Assembly: GCA_009914755.4 (NCBI GenBank)
Contig: CP068257.2
Location: forward strand, 27,840,001-27,904,000
DNA length: 64,000 bases
Source of the DNA: the human T2T-CHM13v2.0 reference genome, Homo sapiens
Reading direction: 5' to 3'
Made by a program: the position numbers and the translations under genes. The notes below the pieces were generated by a model that was not told the DNA's origin, made no database searches, and was given only the letters and a program-made list of their open reading frames with translations. How positions within the stretch are numbered: position 1 is the first letter of the stretch; each line of letters starts with the position of its first letter. Shown in pieces: positions 1 to 14,559 of this stretch.

Positions 1-234
1 AGAGGGCTTGGTAGGAGAGTGTGGGGAGAAATGCTCCTTTGGAGAGAGTTGACCTTAAGTCCCACTGTCAGCCAGGGGAAGTGGTGGGGGTGTTTCCCCC
101 TCACCTGGAGCCTAGTGAGAGGTGTCTTAAGAAGATTCCTAGAGAAGGGTTTGGAAGAGAATCTTTGGGGACAACTGTTGGTTGGGGATAAACAAGGGGA
201 TGCTTCCTCCCTTTCCTCAAGTCACTAGTGAGGT

Positions 235-287
235 TGTAATAGGGTTGTCCAGAGAAACAACCAGTAGGATATATAGACACGCGCGCG

Positions 288-337
<50 letters not shown>

Positions 338-691
338 ACAGAAAGAGAGATTGGCTCACACAATTGTAGAGGTTGGCAAGTCCAAAATCTGCAGGGTGGA
401 GGGTAGGCCAAAGATCCAGGGAAGAGCTGATTTTGCAGCTCAAGTCTGAAGGCAGACTGCTGGCAGAATTCTCCCTTCTCTAGAGGAGGTCATTCTTTTT
501 CGATTAATGCCTTTAACTAATTAGATGAGGTCTACCCACATTATGGAGGGTTAATCTGTTTTTCTTAAAGTCTGCTGATTTAAATGTTAATCTCATCTGA
601 AAATGACTTTCAAAACAATATCTAGACTGTTTTGACCAAATATCTGGGTACTGTGGTGTAGCCAAGTTGACACATGAAATTAACCATGACA
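235..691 (-). mobile_element. Solitary ancient LTR (ERVL-MaLR-like). It reads 'GTATTAGTCAGGGTTCTCCAGAG..' at one end and '..AATTAACCATGACA' at the other. Same family as 3828-4379.
   Basis: Reverse-complement matches a remembered LTR consensus that starts TGTGATGGTTAATTTTATGTGTCAACTTGAC and ends ..GACTAATACA. Internal landmarks are present: 'caagtccaaaatctgcagggtgg', 'attatggaggg', 'ctgatttaaatgttaatctcatc'. A second copy with the same ends lies at 3828-4379. Confidence 0.6.
281..336. repeat. Compound microsatellite (GC)8(AC)20 embedded in the LTR
   Basis: Direct reading: gcgcgcgcgcgcgcgc followed by 20 AC units. Confidence 0.97.
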
Positions 692-1092
692 TGGGGCTTT
701 AAGGAGTTTGCTGGGAGGACTTTCTCTATGTACCTGGAATTTTGGTGGGCACACAGTGGATTATCTGACTTTTACGGGGCAAATTAAAAAGACGAGAGGC
801 AGCTGGCCAGTCACTCTTAGGGCAGAAGTAAAAAGAAATTGCAGTTCCCTTAGGGTTGGCCTCTGTCGCTTTGTTTTAAGACAAACATTGCAGGGGTGTT
901 TCTCATGGTCCAGCTATGGGCTATGTCAGCAAAGGCTGGCTTGGAATTCTCTTGGGGTTTTGTCCAAGAAGGCTACCTGCAGAGACAAAAAGGTCTCAGC
1001 AGAGAGGATCTGCCTGTATCAGTGCATTCCTGGGGCTGATGAGGAATGAGGGTACATGATACCTACAGTCAGAATAAAGACATGTTCATCCA

Positions 1093-1501
1093 GTGTCTTA
1101 GTGTGCTTGGGCTACCCCAGCAAAATACCAAAGAACAGGCATATTGCTTGATAGGTAGAACAACAAAAATGTATTTTCTCACAGTTCTGGAGGCTAGGAG
1201 TCTGGGATCAGATGCCAGTATGATTAGGTCCTGGAGAGGGCCCTCTTTTTCACCTGAAGACAGTGGCCTTCTCACTGTGTCCGCATACAGCCTTTCTCTG
1301 GTGCATGTGTGTGGAGAGAGAGTAAGCAAGCTTTTTAGTGTCTTCATATAAAGGCACTAACTCCGTCATTAGGGCCCCACCCTCATGATCACATCCAGCC
1401 CTATATACCTCCCAAAGGTCCCATCTCCAAATACCATCACATTGAGGATTAGGGCTTCAGTATGTGAATTTTGGAAGGATACGATTCAATTCATAGCCCA
1501 C
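1093..1501 (+). mobile_element. Ancient LTR-like interspersed repeat. Landmarks: 'gtgtcttagtgtgcttgggct..aacaacaaaaatgtattttctcacagttctggaggctaggagtc..' and an end '..attcatagcccaca'.
   Basis: Matches a remembered mammalian LTR consensus: TGTGTCTTAGTGTGCTTGGGCTGC..AACAACAGAAATTTATTTCTCACAGTTCTGGAGGCT..CATAGCA. A second copy lies at 23045-23490. Confidence 0.55.
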
Positions 1502-2129
1502 AGTCTGAGCAAATACAGGGGAGACTTCTGGTGGCAGAGTCTCTCAAGAATCCACAAAAACACCAAGGAGAGAGGCTACTCTTTAAGTTAGAAATTTCCC
1601 ATCTCTTCCCCTCTCTTGGACCCTCAATCTTAAAGGAGTCAGAAACTGAAGCTAGCAGAATGGAAAAAGAATGCAAAATGCTATAATAAGCCAGGAAGAG
1701 AGACTATATCCCCTCCTTTTCCAACGCCAGCTGCCTGCTAGATTCTGGCCCAAGGTGGAGTGGACTCACCTTTTAACACTAGATTGAAATTCAGACCTGT
1801 ACATGGAACCAATCATTTTAGTTACTAATTTGTGACAATGTTTTACATATCCAGAAAAGTCTTGGGCTGCCTGGATTTTCTTCCTGGAGCAGGGGAAGAA
1901 CCAGTCTGACTGAGTACATTTTAAGGGAGAGTAGGGGAACAAAAATAAATTTACATTTTATGAGACATATGTGTTCTACTATTAGCTGTATTTTGCCTCC
2001 CTATCCAATTTTAAAGGGGGAAAATTTAACTTGTTAAATGATTGTTTGATAGGTAGAGTAATGAAAAATCCCAAGACATGCTCTCTAGATTTGAGAATTT
2101 CACAGGTAGTTTTCTCTGGGGGAATCTTA

Positions 2130-2444
<315 letters not shown>

Positions 2445-3827
2445 AGTATTTTAAGTAGATGTAATACCTGCAGTGGCCACTTGGTGGCAGCCGTCCACGA
2501 ATGCTGCTTTCGGCTCGCTGCCCTTGGGGACTCTGTGGTTTTGTGTGACAAGCATTTTTTTTTTTTTTTTTTGTCCAGCCTCCTAGAAAATTGCCTGCTC
2601 CTGTTTTGGTGGAAACTCTGTTTTCCCTGACAGTGTTTGTTTTGTGGTTGAGCCCTCTTTGGCTCCGCGAGGCCAAGTTTTGTGATGCTTTCTGAATATC
2701 AGATATTTTAGTTCTATCATGTTAAAGCAGTTTGGAATCTCTGTTGGGTTTGAGGTTTTTTTTTCTTTAGTCTTCTCCTTTAACTCAAACACTGACTGAC
2801 ACATTGAGAATGAAAAGCTGTTGTTACTTTTTCCTGGAAAAGTTTTCTCAAATCTCAGACTTTCTAAAACTCCTGACTCACATCAGAGGGAGAATGCTGT
2901 TTTTCTGCCACCCTCAAGCCCTCATTATTCATGTTTGCACATGTCATTAGCAGGGTGAGTTTTCTCTTGATTTGTACCAGATGGTGTGATTTTTTTTTTG
3001 GGGGGGGTGGGGGAAGAGAGTAGAAACTTGTTTCTTTAAACTCCACCAAAAATTGTTTTCTAATAGGTTCATTCCTTTAATAACAAAATTTCATTTATGA
3101 GGGCACAGTAGCACCCAGAACAAATTTTGATTTTGCAAACCAATGACCTTTTTATGGTTCTTTAGAAATGGAAGTCAGCTGTTGCCCAGAAGGGTTGGTG
3201 GCATGGGGACTTAGAAAGCCATGAAGTTTGAGCGCCGCTTTCTAATGCCTGACCTGATGTTTGTGGCTGCACTTGCTGTATGTCCTCAGGCACAACAGCT
3301 ATTAGCTTTGTTGTGAATTTTAGAGGGAGTCACTTGTTCAGGCAATGGATACTGCATATGTGGCACTCTTTGCAGGTCCAGCTGGGTGACATGCTGAGAA
3401 CAACCAGGTGTGCTCCCCGAGCTCATAGCACATATGGTCAGGTGGATAAAACAACCTTGATTTCAAACAAAACACCCAAAGGAGTGCATGTGTAATCACA
3501 CACTGAAGGAAGAGCTCCGAAGGAAAAAAAAAAAAACATGTAGAATCACAGCAGACAACCACAGACCTGCTCTAGCTGGGTGGTCAGGCCGGGTCTCCCT
3601 AAAAAGTTAGACTGAAGGTGAAATCTGAAAGATGGATTGACATTAAGCAGGGAAAGGCAGTGAGATGGGAAGGAGAGTGTTGGTGGAAAAGAATGGGCCC
3701 AGGCAGAGGACAGAGGTGGGAATGGTGTGTCTAAGGAATGCAGGTTGGAGCACAGACAGCTAGAGGAAGAGAGCGTGAAATGAGGCCGGGGAGAACAGGC
3801 TGACCCCGAGGGCTACGGCAGAGCTGG

Positions 3828-4379
3828 TGTATTAGTCAGGGTTCTCCAGAAGGACAGAACTAATGGGATAGAGGTATATACTAAAGGGTGTTTATTATGG
3901 AGAATTAGCTCTCAAGGTCACAAGGTGAAGTCCCACCATAGGCTGCCTGCAAGCTAAGGAGCAAAGAAGCCAGTAGTGGCTAAGTCTGAGTCACCAAACC
4001 TCAAAAGTAGGGAAGCCAACGTACAGTCTGTGGCCTAAAGCCCAAGAGCACTCAGCAAACAACTGATGTAAGTCCAAGAGTCCAAAAGCTGAGGAACCTA
4101 GAGGCTGATGTTTGAGGGTAGGAAGCATCCAGCATGGGAGAAGGACGGAGTCCAGAACACTTAGCCGTTGTAGTCTTTCCACGTTCTTCTGCCTGCTTTT
4201 ATTCTGGCCGTGCTGGCAGCTGATTAGATGGTGCCCACCCAGATTGAGGGTGAGTCTGTCTCTCTCAGTCCACTGACTCAAATGTTAATCTCCTCTGGGA
4301 ACACACTCATAGACACACCCAGAACAATACTTTGCATCCTTCAATCCAATCAAGTTGACTCTCAATATTAACCATGACA
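3828..4379 (-). mobile_element. Solitary ancient LTR (ERVL-MaLR-like). Second copy of the 235-691 family.
   Basis: Starts 'tgtattagtcagggttctccagaagg' and ends 'caatattaaccatgaca'. Internal 'ctgactcaaatgttaatctcctc' parallels the first copy. Confidence 0.6.
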
Positions 4380-5239
4380 GCGGAGGAGCTGTTGTTGATA
4401 CAGGAGGGTGTAATGAGTTTATACATTGAAAATAGCCCTGTTGCTGTAGAAATAGCACATGGAAGTGAAGTGGTGCCCAGGATGCCACAGGAGCAAAAAG
4501 GTGGCCATGCAAATCCTGGCACAAGAGAGAGGAACTTGGATGAGAGGACAAGGGCCTGGAGACTAGTGGCCAGATTCAAGAGACAGGTGGGACCTAAAAT
4601 GGACGGAACTTTGGGAGGAATTGGGTAGGAAGGGGTGGTTAAGGGAAGACAGCATCATGGGTCATTCTGGCTGGAGTAACAATGTTTGATGGTCTCTTCA
4701 GCAAGTGAGGGGACACAGACTGAAGACAGGGTCAAGGTTAGAACATGACTTGGCTGCTTAAACGCAAGGACAAAGGTTGGGATCTCCACAGATGGACACA
4801 ATGGAAAGAGGGAGAAAGACAAAAGAGTTTGGAGTATTAGCAAGTCATACAAATAAAATGTTTCTAAAATGCTGCTTTACACATCATTAGGAGTTTAATT
4901 ATGGTTATTTTCATTCTCTGATCTGCTTCTTCTGTTCTTTTTCTCTTCCTTCTTTCTTTTTCCTTCCTTTCTTTACAGAATTTTATCTCAGCTTGCTCAA
5001 GTTTAATTGCAGAAAGTCTCACATTTTTCTACCTTATGAATCTCTAAGATCTTTTCCAGAGTTTTTACAAAGGGTTTATACAAATTTTGGTAAAATTGAG
5101 TAACTTTTCCAAAAGACCAGATACCTGGACCAGCTGGTAATTTGTCATAATTGAAAATTATTTTTATTTTAATGCACCTTTCACTCTATGGTTTTGTATT
5201 TTAATGCATCTCTTAACTATACATGGTTGATTTATAGTG

Positions 5240-5415
5240 TGACTTTGGATAAGTTATGTGACCCTTCTTTGCTTTTGTTTCCTAATTTGAAGAATAGATT
5301 AGTAAAAAGATGATATAATAATCATCTTTTTAATGGGTTGTTTTGAGGACTAAATGAGTGAAAACTCATAAGGTGCATTATAAGCACTTAATAAATATTA
5401 GTGTTGTTGGTAGCT
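5240..5415 (+). mobile_element. MIR (tRNA-derived SINE) fragment
   Basis: 'gggttgttttgaggactaaatgagtgaaaactcataaggtgcattataagcacttaataaatattagt' resembles the MIR core and 3' region (..GGGTTGTTGTGAGGATTAAATGAGTTAATACATGTAAAGCGCTTAGAACAGTGCCTGGCACATAGTAAGCGCTCAATAAATG). Confidence 0.55.
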
Positions 5416-6066
5416 ATTGTTATGGCATGGGCCAGAATGGTAGACTGGGAGACCCACAGACAGAGCTAGAACTTAAGCAATGGAGGTTAAAGCTATGCTT
5501 AAATTACCTATGTGATGAAAGCTGGTGTTTCCTGGAGTTTACGATGCAGTTTGCATTATGGACGGAAAGTTTTTCTGGGTAGTGAAAGGAGAGTAGCCAG
5601 TGGGTGTTCATGCTTGCATGGCGAGATGAAGAATACACTTGGGTTTACACCCCTTTGTGTCTTTTTGGATGGGCCTTCTCTGAGTGACATGAGGAATACT
5701 GATACAGCTCCATAATAGCAGTAATAAGACCTGATATGGAGTAGGGGGGAGCTCAGCAGTTGCCAGCCCTGAACACACTTTATCTCGTTGAACTCCATAA
5801 GAGCCCTGTTGGGTTGAGTCTATTTTTGTTTCCATTTTAGCAATGTGAAAAACCAAGATTACATAACTTGCCAAAGTGGTGGAGCTGGAAATCCAGATAT
5901 TCTAGCTTTAGAGATCAACCAATGTGAATAAACAACTTCCATTTTCCCAGTCACATTTCCACTCCTAAAGTTTTCCCTAATCTCCCAGTTTTTACACTAT
6001 TAAGAAGAATGCAGTCATGCAGATTTTGTTTTCTTTACCTTGAAAGAGGAGAGTTTAACCAGCTAA

Positions 6067-6407
<341 letters not shown>

Positions 6408-7313
6408 AAGTTTCTATACTTTAATGAGTGAAGAAATGGATGAATTCAAATATATTGGTAATGACAGAGATAATAAACATAGTTGCATAATCAAACCACT
6501 GTCTCCAACGGCCAGTTGCTAGAAGTAGGAAAGACATCTAAGTGAAGGAAGACAGAGCAATCAGATTCTGACCTTCCATATTTTGCAACTTATTTTTTTA
6601 TTCATTCAATATAAACTTAGTAAGCTCCTACTATGGTCCAGGCCCTGTGTTTTGCTTTTATATCAGAATCTCAGTCATCAAGATGCTTATAGCTTCATGG
6701 AGGAGAGATGTAGGAAAATAAAAAAGCCTGCTAAAGCACACGGATAACAGAGGGTTTTCACAGAAATATATAAAAAATGTTGTGGGGACAGAGATATGAA
6801 CTCACCTCGTTCATATCCAGGTGAGTAAGTCAACAGTGATGAGGAATATGAGAAAGTCCCAGTAGATTTTGGCGGCAACAAATTATTAGCAGTAAAAATA
6901 TAAGAACTAGTCTTTGGCTCTGTAGAGTGAAGAGAAGGACAATTTTGAGGAAAAAGGAAGAAACTCCGTGAGAGTACTTAGTATTAGGTTGGTGCAAAAG
7001 TAATTGCGGTTTTGCCACTAAAATAATGGCAAAAGTAATGGCAAAACCACAGTTACATTTGCATCAACCTAATATGCTGGATTAAAGTTTGATGCTGGAA
7101 TTTCCTCTTTCCTGGGTCTCTTAAGTCACAACAGATGTGGAATCATAGCAAAAACTCTGTAACCAAACTTAACGCATAAGACCAACGCACAATTACAGAC
7201 AAGAGTAATCAGAGGACAGACACAAAAGGGTGGAAGTTTACATATTTCTCACTCCCGCAGGCAGTGTTCTGTTGACAATTTCTAACTCTGTTTTGATTCT
7301 GTAGTGACAATAG

Positions 7314-7622
<309 letters not shown>

Positions 7623-8065
7623 TGCTTCCCCTTTTATTTGTCCTTTTTATAACTGCAGTTGCTCCATGTGGAATGTGATGGCAAAGGGTGTCCATAAATG
7701 GGCAACTTCACAAGGGTGGTTAGGAATATAGTAACTTCAGATTAGTCAACAAGGAGGAATTTACATATATTTATGCTCAAATGAAAGAATGAAAATGTTG
7801 CCAAATTCTTTCCTTGAGTATTTCTTTCATTTACTATATTCCTTTAACTGTATGAGTTTATGTTTTACTGTTTTCTACATAAAACTCAAGACTTTGTCTT
7901 TCATTGTCAACATTGCTAAAAACAGGAATATTGCTGAGCGGTATTTGGGTTTTCCTGCCCTGGCCTGGTTTCTGAGATGACTCTTCAGACTCAGTTCATG
8001 TGGGCTGTATGTATAAAAGGAGCTTGGCTAATAATGAAATAACTGTCCTAATTAACTAAGCCTGA

Positions 8066-8523
<458 letters not shown>

Positions 8524-10735
8524 AGCTTTGGTGTCTTTATCCCTGCACTTACCAACCAGATGCCTTCAGGGGCCTCCCAAGGCAGGAGAAGGCACTGTGC
8601 TTGAGGCGGTAGGCACACTCTCTGATGACTTGGTTTATAGACTCCCTTGACCATTTGTGGCTGCTAAGATTTATTCACAGTTTCCGCCTTTTGACCTCAG
8701 AGGAAGTAAATATTTTCCTCAAGCGGATTGCTGCTCACTGGCCCCCTTTGTGCTTCTATCCCCTCTCAGGGGTCCTCATTCATTTCTTCCTCTCTCAGGT
8801 GGCCCTTCATCTATTCATTGTTGGCTGCCATTGTTACGTGGGACTCAGAGAATGATCCTAGGCAGATGCACAGTCCAGTATTCTGGATGTAATGATATTT
8901 TCCCAACCTCATTACCATTCCAGCACAATTTTAAAAACAAAGAAACAAGCAAACGTATTTGCCATCACTCCTTCTAATCGGTCTGATATCAGTTTAATAC
9001 ACTGTTATAAATAAGTATATAAATAAATACTATAAATACACCCTATAAATAAACACACAAAATAAGCCAGACTGCTTTTTAGGCAGGAGCCTGGTACATT
9101 GCAAAAATAAGCAAAATAAAATAGCTTCAATAATCTTCTGGAATGAATTGATTTTCTTTCCCCCCCGGCAAGTGGCTATGTGTACAGCTGCCTACGTGTG
9201 GAATAGTCACTTGGTGGATCATTGGCTGAGAGGGTCAGTGTACTTGTCTCTGAAAGCCCGTTTCTTGAACTGACATATAAGAAAGAAAATGTAAGAGAAG
9301 CTTCAAAGCTAAGGTAATGAGGGTGACCTAGTTGGGAAAAGTGCTAAAATATCTCCAGTGTATAAAACCTCTTTAATTCTCACCAACGATAAGACAAGTC
9401 ATTTGGAGTTCTGAGTACTTCCAATTAGCAAGTGAGAGACTCTGATTAAAAAATGGGGCCCACTGCATGGCAGAGTGTGCTTTGGCTCTTTATTTTGATA
9501 AGTGGTTTTAAGTATTTATTATAATAATCCATAGCCTACCGACTAATGGGCTGTAGTATGTCTTTTAACTGCGATAAAGTCTTGAGAAAATGAGACCTCA
9601 CTGTAAGCGCTTGCAGTTAAATCTTGGTCGGGAAGTAGAATGAGGCCACTTTTTTTGATCACAATGATCATGTGTTCTGATTAATGAAGTGAAAAATAGA
9701 TCATTTTACTATGTGGAAATTACAATGCCCCTTGCATAATACTACAAACAAAAGACATTAATTGCTATTAATGGCCTTGATGTCTATCCTGAAGCATCAC
9801 ATTTAATTGCTTTACTTAGTTGCCTTATTCAATTATTTGGATTTTTCTTTTATTATGGAAGAACAACTCCCCATATTTTATGTCTAGGCCTTCTAACATC
9901 AGAAGTGGAGTTAGATTTCCAATGCTGCTGCTTCTGCTGCCCTGTTCTGTAATGTTGGAATCCTATCTACTACTTACCCCTCTTTGGTTCTTTTCTTCAC
10001 GGCTCACAAGTGGCTGCATGTTGAGGCTGGTGGGATGACATACTGATGAGTTCCTGGTTTTGTACCAATCATTATCACCTCTTCAAGTTTTACTTAACCT
10101 ACCACCTTGGCATTGACTCAGTATAGCTTGCGGATGAAGTTGCTCTTGTGAAAGGCGTTGAGGAACTCCTCAGCAGATGCTAACAATCTGTTAATGACTT
10201 TCCTAATGTGTAGACCCAAGCTGAACAAACATGAAGGCAAATTTCTGGGCCTCGATGTGTTCGCTCAGACTGTACAGGAGCCTTTGTAATTTGATGTTAC
10301 CAGTTCCTTGGTCAAGACAAGGAGGCAGTTATTATCTATGCCTCTTAGCAGCTGACCTTCAACTGTAAGAGACCATTCTGGATGTAGCAAGTTCCTAAAT
10401 GACATATTGCTATTCCTTTTAGCTATCAAGATGCTTGGCAGAATTTTTTGTCTCTAGAAATTACCATGGGATCTACAAGCACTGAAGACCAGTTTTATTA
10501 GTAGACTTTTGTGGAGTGTTGCTGGAATTAGTGATGGTATCTTAAGTCACAACTGGGTCTTTGAATACTGACTGCTTCTTTGGCTTCGGGTACCCCAAAT
10601 CCTCCAAGCTCTTCTTGAGTTGGTGGATCTTTTGGAAAAACTTCTTTGGTTTGTCTACTTTTGCCATACTCAACTCTCAGGTTTTCATAGCCTTTTATCT
10701 TTGAAGACCCCACTGAAGATAATGCAGTCCCCTGT

Positions 10736-11096
10736 TGTATTAGTCCGCTTTTACGCTGCTGATAGACATACCCGAGACTGGATAACCTATAAAGAAAAAG
10801 AGGTTTAATGGACTCAACAGTTCCACGTGGCTGGGGAGGTCTGACAATCACAGTGGAAGGCGAAAGGCATGTCTTCCATGGCAGCAGACAAGAGAGAATG
10901 AGAGCCAAGTGAAAGGGGAAACCCCTTATCAAACCATCAGATCTTGTGAGGCTTGTTCACTACCACAAGAAAAGTATGGGGGAAACTGCTCCCAAGATTC
11001 AATTATCTCCTGCCAGGTCCCTCCCACAACACGTGGAAATTATGGGGGCTACAATTCCAGGTGAGATTTGGGTGGGGACACAGCCAAACCATATCA
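10736..11096 (-). mobile_element. THE1/MST-type ERVL-MaLR LTR, solitary
   Basis: Reverse complement of the MaLR LTR: starts 'tgtattagtccgcttttacgctgctgatagacatacccgagactgg' and ends 'attatgggggctacaattccaggtgagatttgggtggggacacagccaaaccatatca'. That is the reverse complement of TGATATGGTTTGGCTGTGTCCCCACCCAAATCTCATCTTGAATTGTAGCTCCCATAATT. Confidence 0.8.
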
Positions 11097-11184
11097 CCGG
11101 TGATCTCCAGAGACTTCCAGGGCGTGGCTCATTTCCACTGACACATTTACAGAGATGTTGTTAGTGGTGTCATACCAAACATAG

Positions 11185-11488
<304 letters not shown>

Positions 11489-14400
11489 AAACGTACCTGA
11501 CTTTCTCTTTGCCTTTCTTCTGCTGGACTCCCACCTTGTCCTGTAGCTATTCTAGGGTTCTAGAGAAATTTTATACAAGGGACAGTCTTTGCTCCTGGCT
11601 ATGACTTCTTCCCCAGATCCCTCTTGTGCTCCTCTCTAGTAAACTTGACCGTACCGTGAAGAAGCACAAATGATCACCCTATGATCTCACCTCGTCTGGT
11701 AAAGCCCAGCGACAGTCCAGCCTGCACCTTTCTTCTTCTCCACCTGGACCTCTTTGATTCTCCTGAGCTGTGGACTTTCTAATCTGAAAATCCTACCAAC
11801 CTACCTTCTAAAATTCCAGAGGGAGATGACTCAAGTTAGTGTCTATGCAATTTTCTTCTGGTTTTTCTTTAGTGACCAAAGCTGTAGGTTAGTTATTTAA
11901 GTTATACTTTATGCCCTGAATAGACATATTGGCAAATGAAAATGTTACCTGTCCAGACTTTCCAGCTTCCCTCCAGCAGGTCTTGTCACTTGGTCTTTTT
12001 TCTTTCCATCATGCGGAAGGCTTGTTCTTCCAACAGTTTCTTGCCTGCTTCACCTTGGGACTCACTGTGTGCCTTTAGAACTTGTCTAATCAGAAATTAG
12101 ATTGCTATTCCTGGCCAGAAAGCAGAGCCAGAGAAATTCGGACCTAGCCTCATTAGAACAGGACTTTAATCAGTTGAGCCTACCAGCCACACACAGGCTA
12201 AACATATATATTCTATATAAATAACTACACAAACATATTTATATATCTTTTTAATGTGTGTGTATGCACTGAAGTTTGCAAAGAACTGGGATAGAAAAGC
12301 AAATGCATATGATGATTAATGAAACCAGAATTTTAAGTGGTTCCTTGTTGTATATTTGCTGACAACATATTATTTTCCTTTTTGGAGTGGAGTGTGTAAA
12401 CCTCTGGGCAGGAAAGAACTATGAATTATTCTTTCCCTTCTAATCTACATAAATAAGAGATTCTAAAACTGTGCTTTTAGCCATTTACCATGCAAATAGT
12501 CACCAGGGATAGAACTGTTGTAGATCTAGAATATTTATTTAATGGCAGCTGCTACAGGACACATGCTTTTTGAGTTCAATGGCCTAGAATCTCCTCACCC
12601 TTACCAACCCCTCCCTTTTAAGGTTCATTTCTTGTGAGTAGCCTAAGATCTGCCTTGTAATCATGCAAAAGGATTTATTTCAATTATAAGAAATTTCATC
12701 TCTTCCCTGTGCCTTTTAGGAGCTCCTTAGAATGTCTGAAATACTCCATCCGGACTCATGATAATAGCTCCAGATTTATGCGTTATAACTGGGTGTCTTC
12801 ATTTTTTTCCATATCAGCAATGTAGATCTACCTTTTTTTTCTAACATATAAAAATCGATTTAGTAGGCCCTTACTTTGCTTTTGGTGGGGAGTTTTAATC
12901 TCTTATTATAGACCTTATTTCCCAAACAAAGGCACAAACAAAGAGGAAAAAAACAAGGTTAATAGTTTTCTTTATCACTGGACTCTATCCCCCTACCCAC
13001 CAATAACACTTAACTGGAACCCTGTCTGTTTCCTTCAATGACCTTTGCTTATGTTAGTTCTCTGAGACAAGAAAATGTGTGGACGCGCTAATAGACAATT
13101 TACTTTTTGTTTGCAAAAACAATTCAGTTGCCCAACACGGGACTGTGTTGTAGCTGTGGTGATTAGCAGGCAGGGTGGATAAAGCTTCAAGAACATTATT
13201 CAATGCCTAAATGAAGGTCACATTCCCAGCGCTAGTTTTAGTGTGCATGCAAATGATGGCAATTGCTGGGCTGTTCACTCTCACACAAGCAAGGCTTTGT
13301 TAAATATGATAATCAGTCAGCTGGGAAGGTAAAAGTTTCCTGCAAATAATATTGAAACATTTAAAATTGCATTGTTATGGAAAAAGAGACCACTCTCATT
13401 CATTCAAGTAGTATTTAACTAGAGACAAAATAAAAATGATTGTAGAAATCAGGTTGGAACTCTTGATTATTTAAAGTAATAATGAGGGACCTACTCATTG
13501 AACTACTTAATTTACCCAAAGAAGAGTGTTGAGGTTTCAAAGGCAAAACTTAAAAAAAGTCAAAAAAAGAAATGAGATGTATGGCAATGTATTTATTTCT
13601 GGGAGAGAATGTTTTAGTAACAGGGAGCTGTGAGGTGGGGGAGAAGTGGTTGGAATTATAATAATCAGCTTGGTTTATTGAATCACAATAATGAATCTCT
13701 CCCTTTGTCGACGTATGGCTAGTTATCCTCAGATTATCTTAATGATATCAGGCAGAGTGTGCCGTTGATCCATGCTTGAAAAGTAAAAATAGTTGACAGT
13801 CAAACTGATCTAATCTTGAATGCTGTTTGTGACAGAGGGAACGATTTTGTGAAAAAAGACGAGGTGGTTTTTATGTCGTGCAAAAGGCTGAAATAATGCT
13901 TTACATTATCGCTGATATCAGTTCCATTTAAAAAGTTTAACAAAGTGAGTTGTGTTTAAATGATTCCTCTGGGGTGCGCTCCTATTAACTCTATTAAATA
14001 GCATAGATACTTCTGGAAGAAGGCTGTTTGTACTCTATGCACTGGCAAAAGTGAAGTTAATTTCTGCACCATAATCTCACACTTCTCCTGACAAACACAC
14101 AAACACCTAATGACCACCAGCCAAAGTCTAGCAAACCAAAACCTAGTCCCAGATACTGCACAGATAACATGGCTGAATCTATAGGAGATGTATTTTAAAT
14201 CACAATCTTAGGGTGAGAATATTAGCAAGTTGTAGACAGAGACACTTTAATTTTCCCTTCTCATATTTACAGAGGCTTATAGAACACCTTTCTTAAGATA
14301 GGCATGTTAAGGGAATGAATATGTGAATGATTGCATGCCTGCATGACGGAAGCCATTCTGGAGGATTGGACCAGGGACACATCTTGAAGGGACTCTTGGT

Positions 14401-14559
14401 ATTTTAACGTGGGTGGGATGTGATTCAAAGAAATATTAAATACTCTTGCTAAAATGGAGCCAATAATAATAATAATACAAATAACATGGAGCTAATAATA
14501 TTACAGTAGCTAGCTAGCTAGTCAGGCATGAGCAAGGCAGGAGAGGGCTCCTCTGTGCC

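Noticed and set aside
10528-10932. 134-aa ORF on the - strand
   Set aside because: It lies almost entirely inside the THE1/MST LTR at 10736-11096. Its peptide is the standard spurious translation of that LTR. The same 'HYHKKSMGETAPKIQLSP..' style peptide recurs at 62064-62285 and 10946-11164.
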